Source: a virus
Lineage: Duplodnaviria > Caudoviricetes
IMG/VR virus record: IMGVR_UViG_3300044630_000587
Span: 937 to 64,936 of that record
Direction: 5' to 3' (one strand)
DNA: 64,000 nucleotides
Position 1 is the stretch's first letter; every line of letters starts with the position of its first letter. The position numbers were made by a program, and so were the translations under genes. The notes under the pieces are model-generated. The model did no database searches. It saw only the letters and a list, made by a program, of their open reading frames with translations, and was not told the DNA's origin. This document shows positions 36,603 through 46,000 of this stretch, one piece after another.

Positions 36603-36910
36603 TCTTCGCTCCTAAGTAACTTTGGTTTTCTTTCTACAATTCCCGCTGCGGATAGTAGTATTTGCTGTGACTGCTCATTTGATTTAACCATTTCGTTTCT
36701 AAACGATTCAACTGCGGCTCCAGTTTGCCGTTGTTGTTGGCTGTTTTCAATAGCTAGAATAGGCATCCATGCCATGGCACAACCCCACTCCTCTATGTCA
36801 GCAGCAGTCTGTGGGTTCTTCCCTAGTATTTTAATAAACCAAGCGCAGTCTAGTTTGCGGCATGGCTTAAATCCATCTAACGGGCAGTTGTCTTTAGGTT
36901 CTATTTTCAT
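36599..36910 (-). CDS. Cys-rich conserved tail-module protein
   Basis: CPL...C....CAWF...G.NPQT...WGCA...AAVESFRNEMVK. Confidence 0.7.
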   Translation of the reverse strand: MKIEPKDNCPLDGFKPCRKLDCAWFIKILGKNPQTAADIEEWGCAMAWMPILAIENSQQQRQTGAAVESFRNEMVKSNEQSQQILLSAAGIVERKPKLLRSEE

Positions 36911-37491
36911 CAGTTTTTAGTTGCCGTAATTACATCAACGTATTTAACAGCTAAATTAATTGCAGTACCAGTAAAGCTAGCACTACCCCCAGCGGAGTGA
37001 GTATGTGAAGTCCCTCCACCTTCAGCCACGGTATCTCCCGATGCGGTGTTATAGCTATTTGATCCACCGCCAGCGCTAGTAGGTCCTCCACCTTGAGACA
37101 TATCGGTATAAACATGGGTATGGCTTGGCATCTCGGAAGTAGTAACAGTAAACGAACTAAAAGTTAACCCTGAAGTATTAATTGTTCCATTAACAGCCTG
37201 ACTTACAAAAGCACTACTGAAATCTACCGTACCCCCAGTGCCAGCTGTACTAGTCGTTACACGAAGGGCGTTATTGTTATAGTTTGTAGTGTCTTTGGTC
37301 CATCCAGTCGGAGCAGTATTTTGTACAAAAAACCAACGAGTTCCAGCGGCAAACCCAGGAGCCGCTGCAGAAATCCAAGCCGACCCATTTGAAATACAAA
37401 CTTGTGTGGCTGTACTAGGATTAGGTACCCCTGTAGTTTGTACAGAAGAATCATTAAATGTTATATCATCATCACCTATAAGAATACCCAC
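36910..37491 (-). CDS. short tail fibre / collar-like protein, paralogue 1
   Basis: FVQNTAPTGWTK...MPSHTH...LAVKYVDVITATKN. Confidence 0.75.
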   Translation of the reverse strand: MGILIGDDDITFNDSSVQTTGVPNPSTATQVCISNGSAWISAAAPGFAAGTRWFFVQNTAPTGWTKDTTNYNNNALRVTTSTAGTGGTVDFSSAFVSQAVNGTINTSGLTFSSFTVTTSEMPSHTHVYTDMSQGGGPTSAGGGSNSYNTASGDTVAEGGGTSHTHSAGGSASFTGTAINLAVKYVDVITATKN

Positions 37492-37505
37492 GTTATTCCC
37501 CTAGA

Positions 37506-38093
37506 TTAGTTTTTAGTGGCAGTAATAACATCAAGGTACTTAACAGCCAGGTTAATTGCTGTTCCAGTAAACGTAGCACTTCCAGAAATTGAGTGACTAT
37601 GAGATCCCCCACCACCTGTAGCGCCAGTTGTTCCTGTATTTGCAGGAGAGTCATATTTGTTTGATCCGCCACCAGCACCGTTTGGACCACCGCCTAATCT
37701 AGGATCAGTATATGAGTGCGTATGGCTTGGTATTTGGGCGGTAGAAAGCGTTGTGGCACCTGCTGTTAATGATGAGGTGTTAATTGTTCCGTTAACCGCT
37801 TGACTTACAAAAGCGCTTGTAAAGTCTACTGTACCGCCAGTACTTGCAGTTCCAGTTACTACCCTAAGCGCATGGTTATCGTAATTGCTGGTGTCTTTAG
37901 TCCATCCAGTAGGGGCCGTGTTTTGAGCAAATATAGACCTTGTTCCAGTATCAAATGAAGATGCAGCGCCAGAAGTCCAAATGGTTCCATTAGAAATAGC
38001 AACGTTCCCAGCAGTGCCTGGAGCAGGCAAAGCCGTAGTCTGTACTGACAGGTCGCTAAATGTTATTTGCGATCCAGTTACTGTAATTGGCAT
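37506..38093 (-). CDS. short tail fibre / collar-like protein, paralogue 2
   Basis: FAQNTAPTGWTK...IPSHTH...LAVKYLDVITATKN. Confidence 0.75.
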   Translation of the reverse strand: MPITVTGSQITFSDLSVQTTALPAPGTAGNVAISNGTIWTSGAASSFDTGTRSIFAQNTAPTGWTKDTSNYDNHALRVVTGTASTGGTVDFTSAFVSQAVNGTINTSSLTAGATTLSTAQIPSHTHSYTDPRLGGGPNGAGGGSNKYDSPANTGTTGATGGGGSHSHSISGSATFTGTAINLAVKYLDVITATKN

Positions 38094-38102
38094 TTTTACC
38101 CC

Positions 38103-39137
38103 TTACGTTTTAATAATGAAACGAATACCTAAGTACGGAGGCAAGTTTGCGTTAGTGCCGCTGGATCCAGCCGAGTCAATCGTAATACCTGTTGAAACAG
38201 TTGAAGTATTTTGTGATCCTGGGTATTTACCAACCGCAATTGGAATTGGACCACCACTTACAACGTCAACAGCATTTACCAAAGCAACGCTATGATTATG
38301 TCCTGGATCTGTCAGGTTATGAGTATGAGTTACTACAATTGCATTAGCAGAACCGCCAGTTGCAGCAAGAGCATATGAATCACCTGAACCTACTGGAAAG
38401 CGATTACGGAAATCAGGTAGTGTAAATGAGCCACCGCTACCACCAAAGGTATAACCAATAATTGCAAACAACGCAGCATAAGCTGAAGTTAATACTGATG
38501 TACCGTCACATAATAACCAGCCAGAAGGAGCCGAATTAGTTGTCCACATTAGAACACTACCAGTTGGGGCACCATTTGCTAAAACAAAAGCCGTTGTTGC
38601 AATTTGAGTAGTATCCGTTCCAGCAGCTGCTGTCGGTGCAGTTGGAGTTCCTGTAAATGCTGGAGAAACTGAAGAAATAGCGCCAGAGAAAGTGGCTGTT
38701 GTACCTGTTAAAGCACCGCCCAAGGTTAAATTAGAAGCGTAAGTAGTAACATCAACTACGTTTGTTCCGTCATTAAACACCACCATAGTCTTACCAGATG
38801 GCACTCCAATACCTGTACCGCTGGCGTTTTTAACCGTTACCGTATCTGCTAGTTCATTTTTAATAATGTACTGTTTTTCAATAGCAGGAACAATTAACTG
38901 CCTTGCGCCACCCGAAGTGCCTATAAGAACTAGACGTAAATTGCGAGCAACTTGTGCAGCATTTGAATTGGCTAGGGTAAGGGTGACGTCAGAACTAGTA
39001 AAAGTAATATCACCAGTACCAGTAATTGCCTGCTCAACTGCGGTGCCTAGGTTGGTATTAGTGGTATTGCCCCAGGTACCGTCTTGTTCGCCAGTGCCTA
39101 TCAGTTCAAATTTTAATGGTGAATATGTACTTGCCAT
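38103..39137 (-). CDS. tail protein with a phage tail-collar domain
   Basis: MASTYS...GTWG.TTNTN N-terminus; PTG....W....APSGWLLCDG...LFAIIG...LPDFR. Confidence 0.85.
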   Translation of the reverse strand: MASTYSPLKFELIGTGEQDGTWGNTTNTNLGTAVEQAITGTGDITFTSSDVTLTLANSNAAQVARNLRLVLIGTSGGARQLIVPAIEKQYIIKNELADTVTVKNASGTGIGVPSGKTMVVFNDGTNVVDVTTYASNLTLGGALTGTTATFSGAISSVSPAFTGTPTAPTAAAGTDTTQIATTAFVLANGAPTGSVLMWTTNSAPSGWLLCDGTSVLTSAYAALFAIIGYTFGGSGGSFTLPDFRNRFPVGSGDSYALAATGGSANAIVVTHTHNLTDPGHNHSVALVNAVDVVSGGPIPIAVGKYPGSQNTSTVSTGITIDSAGSSGTNANLPPYLGIRFIIKT

Positions 39138-39152
39138 TTAATGCTCCTTTAA

Positions 39153-40256
39153 TTATGCCGCCGCTATTACGTCTTGCCAATTTGACTCTTGCTCAGTATT
39201 TACATCAACCCAATTTGAAGTTTGTTCTGGGTCAATTTCTACCCAAACAGAGTCCTGGAAGGTATTGACATCACCCCATACGTTTACTACGTTAAGTTTA
39301 ACAACTGTCCTAATACCAGTCAAATTAACGTTTGAGGCACTTTCTGTTGATACTGAGCTTACTCTACCTACTGCGTTAACGCCTGTTACTAGAATTGTTA
39401 CGCCAACGCTAATATCTACGTTACCTAGTCTACCAACCGCATAAACGCCTGTTACATTAATATTTTGGTCAGTTTGGACGGTTACGCTGTTAACTCTACC
39501 TACTGCGTTAACACCTGTTACATTCGTATTAGCGCCCGCCTGAGCCTCTACGTTACCAAGTCTAGCTACGGCATAAACCCCAGTTAGGTCAATCGTAACG
39601 CTTTCTACTACGTCTACATTACCAATCGCACCTACGGCAAAAACGCCCGTAACGTCTATATTGTTGTCTGTCTGGGTAATTACATCGCCCAGTCTAACTG
39701 GAGCATAAACACCCGTTACACCTACCGTGGCACCCGCTTGGACATCGACGTTACCAAGCCTTCCAACGGCATAAACCCCAGTTAGGTTGATTGTGGTGCT
39801 TTCTACTACCGAGACGTTTCCGACCCGACCTACGGTTTGCACACCTACTAGATTTATAACTGCGCTACCTGTAGCGGTGACGTTACCCACTAGAACTGGG
39901 CTAGAAACCCCTGTTACAAAGACATCAGCATTGGCTGCAACAGTAACATTGCCTACCCGCCCAACCGCATAAACGCCCGTAAGATTTAGATTACTGTCTG
40001 CTACGACTGTTACGGTGCCTACTAAAACTGGAGTAGCAATACCAGTTAAGTTAGTGTTTGCTTCGGCTACAACGGTTACAGTACCTACCTGACCTACGGC
40101 AGAAACGCCTGTTACATCAATATTTTGGTCTGTTACAACATTAACTGTGCCTACTACCCCTACCGCAAAGACGCCAACCAGATTGACTTCTGCATTGACG
40201 GCTGACTCCCCGCTGTCCGCAAACGGTGCTCCTGCGTAGGGAAATCCACCGAACAT
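39153..40256 (-). CDS. Val/Gly-rich repeat structural protein
   Basis: About 14 tandem 22-aa repeats of type IDVTGVxAVGxVGxVxV. Confidence 0.75.
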   Translation of the reverse strand: MFGGFPYAGAPFADSGESAVNAEVNLVGVFAVGVVGTVNVVTDQNIDVTGVSAVGQVGTVTVVAEANTNLTGIATPVLVGTVTVVADSNLNLTGVYAVGRVGNVTVAANADVFVTGVSSPVLVGNVTATGSAVINLVGVQTVGRVGNVSVVESTTINLTGVYAVGRLGNVDVQAGATVGVTGVYAPVRLGDVITQTDNNIDVTGVFAVGAIGNVDVVESVTIDLTGVYAVARLGNVEAQAGANTNVTGVNAVGRVNSVTVQTDQNINVTGVYAVGRLGNVDISVGVTILVTGVNAVGRVSSVSTESASNVNLTGIRTVVKLNVVNVWGDVNTFQDSVWVEIDPEQTSNWVDVNTEQESNWQDVIAAA

Positions 40257-40266
40257 TTATGGTCCT

Positions 40267-41196
40267 TTAGGCAGTATAAGTACCACTAGTTGTAAATGTA
40301 TGAATAGTGTATCCGCCTGATGAGGTTACAGTTCCACCTGTGCCCCGCTGAGCACCAAGGTAGCGAACAATAACTAAACCAGAACCACCTGATTTTGGTC
40401 CACTACCACCATCGCCATTGCCGCTACCCCCTGCTCCAGTATTTGCTGTTCCGTTATCCCTAGAAACTGCTCCAGCAGAAGCAGAGCCTCCATTTATTGG
40501 GTTGTTAGAATAACCAGCTCCTCCGCCGCCTCTTGCTGTTGCTGATCCGTTTATAGATGATGTTACTCCAGCACCACCCGCACCTGCGGTAGCAGTAGAG
40601 TTAGCACCATTGCCTCCAGCGCCTCCTCCAGCGCCGCCTGATGTATACGAACTTACTCCATCACCCCCAAGACCACCAGCATATCCTTGTCCAGACGTAC
40701 CAGATCCAGCCGTCCCAGTATATCCTCCGTAACGACCACCACCACTGCCCCCGCTTTTACCACTTTCACTTCCTCCCGTGCCACCAGCACCGCCTCCAAT
40801 AGATGTAATAGTAGAAAAAACTGAATTAGAGCCGTTTGAAGTATTTGAGCCGCCAGCGCCAACAGTAACCGTATAAGCAGTAGTAGCAATAACAGGAAGG
40901 GGGCTTTCTGCAGATGCGCCTCCTCCAGATGATTCTCCAGTAACTGAACAACGATAACCGCCAGCGCCACCACCGCCATAACCAGGGCTGCCACCACCAC
41001 CAGCGATAACTAAATATTCAACACTATATATACCAGTTTGATCTCCAACGGCGACCCAAGCAGTACCGTTATAAACTTCAAGATAACCTAAAGTTGTGTT
41101 GTACCCCATTTGCCCCGTATAAGGGGCAGACGGACGAGCTCCTGTAGTCCATGTCTGGGTTAGCCACATTGCTCCCTGGACTTGTGTTAATGACAT
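40267..41196 (-). CDS. glycine-rich tail fibre / receptor-binding-like protein
   Basis: EYLVIAGGGG...GGSGLVIVRY...HTFTTSGT. Confidence 0.7.
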   Translation of the reverse strand: MSLTQVQGAMWLTQTWTTGARPSAPYTGQMGYNTTLGYLEVYNGTAWVAVGDQTGIYSVEYLVIAGGGGSPGYGGGGAGGYRCSVTGESSGGGASAESPLPVIATTAYTVTVGAGGSNTSNGSNSVFSTITSIGGGAGGTGGSESGKSGGSGGGRYGGYTGTAGSGTSGQGYAGGLGGDGVSSYTSGGAGGGAGGNGANSTATAGAGGAGVTSSINGSATARGGGGAGYSNNPINGGSASAGAVSRDNGTANTGAGGSGNGDGGSGPKSGGSGLVIVRYLGAQRGTGGTVTSSGGYTIHTFTTSGTYTA

Positions 41197-41205
41197 ATCA
41201 GCTCC

Positions 41206-41550
41206 TTAAACTACTTCTGCCCAAGAGGTAGTAGGCTCGTCCCAGTGGTACATTTTGCCGTCTGTAGGATAGGCAACGGGCGAATCCCATAAACAAGTAT
41301 CTTCGTTTAATGTCCAGCTTGCAAATGGCTGTGGAGGAATAAACGCATCCCGCACTGCATCGTAGGTATATCCAACACCTGCGTAGTTTTTACGCAAAGG
41401 ACGTCCTTCTGGGTGCTGTCCACCGTGGGTGTTATAGGATGTTTGAATCCATTGACCTGGGGAAGAATCGACAAAGGTCTCAAAAAACTCAGGCTCGGCA
41501 ACGATGACCTGGGTTACTTTTCCATCTAAAACTTTTGCAAAATGACTCAT
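41206..41550 (-). CDS. conserved protein accompanying glycine-rich fibre genes
   Basis: MSHFAK...WIQTSYN...LRKNYAG.GYTYD...DAFIPPQP..SW.L. Confidence 0.75.
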   Translation of the reverse strand: MSHFAKVLDGKVTQVIVAEPEFFETFVDSSPGQWIQTSYNTHGGQHPEGRPLRKNYAGVGYTYDAVRDAFIPPQPFASWTLNEDTCLWDSPVAYPTDGKMYHWDEPTTSWAEVV

Positions 41551-41562
41551 GTAAAAACTCCT

Positions 41563-42486
41563 TTAAGCTGTATAACTACCAGATGCAGTAAATTGAAGAA
41601 TAGTGTTAGAACCTGACGTGGTTACTGTTGGGGAGCCTGTTGTGGTTCCAGAGTACTTAGCAGTCGGAATGGAAAGGATTACTATGCCTGAGCCACCGTT
41701 TGCTCCTCCAGAAGCATTGCCAGCACCGTCTACGTAACCACCACCGCCGCCACCGCCAGTATTTGTTCCACCAGCAGTTGCGCCTACACCAGCTCCAGAA
41801 CCTCCATTACCACCGCCACCTGAACCGCCTGACTGTACGCCAGCGTAGCCAAAGAACTCACCACCACCTCCACCGCCGCCACGGGTTATGGAAGAACCAG
41901 TAATTGAAGATGCAAGCCCGTTACCACCGCCACCTTGACCGCCATTAGCACTAGCGCCACCGCCACCACCGCCAATACGGACTGTTCCATCGTTATATCC
42001 TGTTGCGCCATTATTACCTTGCCCAGCTGTACCTGAACCACCAGCAGAAGTATTCCAAGACAATCCACCGCCACCTGAACCGCCGCTGCCACCAGGGGGT
42101 CCAGCAGAAACACCTGAACCAAAACCACCGCCTATTGAGGTAAAGCTAGAGAAAACAGAATTGCTACCTTGCACACCATTATTACCAGCAAAAGGGCCAA
42201 GACCAGCTCCACCAGCTCCTCCACCACCTACAGTTACGGTATACGAAGTTCCAATTGTTAACGTAGCTGTATTTGCTAAGTAACCACCTGCGCCACCACC
42301 ACCACCTGCTCCAGCGCCACCACCACCGCCGCCAGCAACAATTAAATAGCTTACTGAATACTCAACTGTAGGCCATTGCCCTAGTTCGTTATACTTTTCT
42401 TGCTCGTCAAGCCCCCACACCCCAGAAGCAACCGTGCTTGTTGGGGTATTGTTAACTCCGATAATTCCACCATTCCAACGTGGCAT
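41563..42486 (-). CDS. glycine-rich tail fibre / receptor-binding-like protein
   Basis: SYLIVAGGGGGG...GGSGIVIL...FTASGSYTA. Confidence 0.7.
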   Translation of the reverse strand: MPRWNGGIIGVNNTPTSTVASGVWGLDEQEKYNELGQWPTVEYSVSYLIVAGGGGGGAGAGGGGGAGGYLANTATLTIGTSYTVTVGGGGAGGAGLGPFAGNNGVQGSNSVFSSFTSIGGGFGSGVSAGPPGGSGGSGGGGLSWNTSAGGSGTAGQGNNGATGYNDGTVRIGGGGGGASANGGQGGGGNGLASSITGSSITRGGGGGGGEFFGYAGVQSGGSGGGGNGGSGAGVGATAGGTNTGGGGGGGYVDGAGNASGGANGGSGIVILSIPTAKYSGTTTGSPTVTTSGSNTILQFTASGSYTA

Positions 42487-42860
42487 TAGGAAATTTCCTC
42501 ATAAGAAGTGGTTATGGTTAAGTCATTTGCAGCGCTTGCTGTAGCACCAATAGACTTATCTTCTTCTAAATAAATTTGGGTATCTTTGCCAATTACTACT
42601 AATGTTGAATCAGCTGGTACGGTAATAGTAGACGCTATAGGAAACGCTGTGCCGCCAATATTTGCGGCTGAATAATACTGCACTGTTATGGTAGCTGCGT
42701 TTGTACCATCCACATTCGATACTAATAACGAATTAATTTTTAACACTTTCCCAGATGATGCTGGGTTATTAAGAATTGTATTTGCACTAGTATTAGCTAA
42801 AGCTACTGCCGTGGTTTTGCCAGTAATCGTTGATACGTTTGCAATATTTGGTGCCGCCAT
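42486..42860 (-). CDS. structural protein of the fibre module
   Basis: MAAPNI..V..I.GKT...NVDG...TVPADSTL...SYEEIS. Confidence 0.7.
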   Translation of the reverse strand: MAAPNIANVSTITGKTTAVALANTSANTILNNPASSGKVLKINSLLVSNVDGTNAATITVQYYSAANIGGTAFPIASTITVPADSTLVVIGKDTQIYLEEDKSIGATASAANDLTITTSYEEIS

Positions 42861-42862
42861 GT

Positions 42863-43075
42863 TTATCTCCCGAATACTAAATTAAGGCCAACTGCCTGTT
42901 GTTTTGTCAAACCAGAACTTGCTGGTGCAGTAGATACCCAAGCAGACCCATTAGATGTTAGGACATTACCATTAGATCCTGGTACGGTTATTCCAGTGCC
43001 TCCACTAGCTGGTTGTAATACACCAGAAGAATTTACGTTGGTACCAAGACTTGCTAGATTATCGGCTTGTGTCAT
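42863..43075 (-). CDS. small fibre-associated protein
   Basis: GGTG...PGSNGNVLTSNG..W motif shared with the long fibre. Confidence 0.65.
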   Translation of the reverse strand: MTQADNLASLGTNVNSSGVLQPASGGTGITVPGSNGNVLTSNGSAWVSTAPASSGLTKQQAVGLNLVFGR

Positions 43076-43083
43076 ATTATTCC

Positions 43084-46000
43084 TTAAGCTGTAAACGTGC
43101 CGCTAGATGTGAATGTGTGGTATGTATAGCCGCCAGAAGAAGTTATAGTTCCGCCTGAGCCACGAGTAGACCCAAGATAGCGAATAATTACAACCCCTGA
43201 TCCGCCAGCTGCTCCAGCACTAGCACTAGCACCGCCACCGCCACCGCCTGTATTGGCTGTTCCAGCAGTGGGAGACCCACCAGAATTAGAGCCAGCGCCA
43301 CCTCCACCAGATCCACCAGTGCCCCCAGTTCCAGTATAAGCACCACCGCCCCCGCCACCAGCATAAGTTGTACTATTAAGCCAAGCTAACCCTGCGCCAC
43401 CAGCGCCACCATCAGAACTGCCCCCGTTAGATCCAGCTGTGCTAGCACCACCACCACCCCCGCCACCGTAGGTACCACCAATACCTCCTACGTTCCCTTG
43501 AACAGCAAATCCCTGCCAAGTACTAGCACTATAAGAAGCCAAATACCCAGAAGCCCCACCACCTGAGCCACCTGTTTTACCAGCAGCGTAAGGAAACTGA
43601 TTGTACGCACCGCCGCCACCGCCACCTATACCAATGATTCCAGCTAGACGAGAGTTTGCTCCATTAGAACCTGAATAGTAATCACCAGCAATACCACCTG
43701 CACCACCAGCGCCAATTATCACGGCATATGTTTGAGACGGAACTGCAATCATTGAATCTGCAATATAACCACCTGCACCACCAGCGCCAGAATAATAAAA
43801 GGCACCACCGCCACCGCCACCGCCTATAACCAAATATTCAGCGTAATACCCTGGGATAACATTTAATGCGGCACTTGTCCAAGTTGAGCCGTTGGATGTA
43901 AGAACGTTACCATTAGAGCCTGGGGCTACAACCTGTACGGCATTTGCGCCATTGCCTATAACTACAGCATTTGCTGTTAATGATGTTGCTCCAGTACCTC
44001 CATTAGCTACAGGTAAAGCTGTTCCTGAGTAGCTTAAAGCTAATGTTCCAGAAGTTGTTACTGGACTTCCTGAAACAGTTAAGAAGCCTGGCGCAGATAA
44101 ACCTACAGAAGTAACAGTGCCCCAAGTTTCATCAAATACTGTCCAGGATGAGCCATTAACAACGTTAACTGTATAACCCGCTTCAACTGTTACAGGACCA
44201 GCAGAATATCCGTTTTGGCCTGCTGTAGTAGTAATGTTTTCAGCAATACTATTTGAGTTATATGCAATTGCCTTTACAGCAGCGTTTCCATAAAACTGTC
44301 CGCCACTACCGCTTGGGACAGCTGCTGGTACACCTAAATATCTAGCCGATATGTTATTAGTGCCAGATGGTGGCGCAGTTAAGAACGTTAAACTTGTGCT
44401 TGATACCGTGTAGTTAGAAGGATTTTGCACCACGCCAGAAATAGCAACTAACGTAGAAGCAGGATTGGCTGGAGCCACCGACATAATAAAAGTAGTCTGA
44501 ACTCCATTACCACTAAACGTATCGGCAGTGATTGTTTCGTATATATTTAACGAATTAAATACTTCAGCCTGAACTATATCCCCAGCGTTTGCTGCGGTTG
44601 CTAAGGTAAACGATGTACCGTTTGTAGCAGTAAAGTCGGTTGTGGCTAACTTAACACCGTTGCGGTATACATCAATTAAACCTACTGGATAAGAAACGGT
44701 AAATACAGTTTGACCACCTGTAGCAGTAAAGTCAGTTCTAGTAATCGTTCCAGCACCACCACCACTAGCAGCCTGGCTAACCCAAGTTGTTCCATCGGAA
44801 GTAAGTACATTGCCTGATGTTCCAGGAGCTACCACTTTTACTGTATTAGCGCCGTTACCAAGAATGACGTTATCGGCTGTTAGGTTAGCCGATCCAGTAC
44901 CACCGTATTGCGCAGATATGACGTTAGCGCTCCACGTGCCAGCAACTAAGTTACCTACGCCAGTAACGCTTGTGTATTGACCAGATAAACGGCTTGTGCC
45001 TAACGTACCCGTTGTAATACTGGAAGCATTGATAGCTGATAAGTTAGAGCCGTCACCGCTAAAGAAGTTAGCCGACATAACATTGCCAGCAAAGCTACCA
45101 TTAGAGTCACGCAGAACAATCGTGCTGGCGCCATTCGAGGAGTTAGCCGTTGTACGAGCGTTATCTATAGTTCCGCTAGAAATATTGGATGCGTTTATGT
45201 CTGTAAGCGCTATGCCGTTACCTGAGATATTGGTAAAAGTTCCTGTGGTTCCCGTAATAACGTTGCCAGCGAACGAGCCGTTAGAGTCCCTAGCTACGAT
45301 GGTTGAGGCGCCGTTAGCAGAGTTTGCTGTCGTTCTAGCGTTAGCTACTGTGCCTGTAGTTACGTTTGAGCCATTGATTGCGGACAGATTTGAGCCGTCA
45401 CCAATAAAGAATGAACCTGTAATAGCCCCAGCAGCAAACTCTCCAGATGCACCCCGCAGAACTAGAGTAGAAGCACTATTAGCGGAATTGCCTGTTGTAA
45501 ACGCATTATTAATCGTGCCACTAGTAATGTTAGAGGCGTTGATGTTGGTTGCTAAAGATGCGTTTCCAGATATGGAATTTGCTGTAATTACGTTAGCACT
45601 AAACGATCCGTTGCCATCCCGTAAAACTAGCGTATCTGCAGTGGCAGCAGCAGTGCCAGTCGTTCTAGCATTTGCTATTGTTCCAGAGGCAATGTTAGAC
45701 GCATTGATTCCAGTTAGGGCAGCGCCGTTACCAGATACAGAAGTAAATGTTCCCGTAGTTCCTGTAATTACATTCCCAGCAAAGGAACCATCAGCATCAC
45801 GAACAACAAGAGTGGAAGAACCATTGGCAGAAGTAGCATTAGTCCTGGCATTGTCTAAAGTTCCTGTAGTGATTGCTGAAGCGTTAATGTTGGTAATAGC
45901 AGAACCGTTACCAGTAAACAAAGTGCCTGTTATTGACCCAGCAGCAAACGCCCCACCTGCATCACGGAGAACAATAGTACTAGCGCCGTTAGAAGAATTA

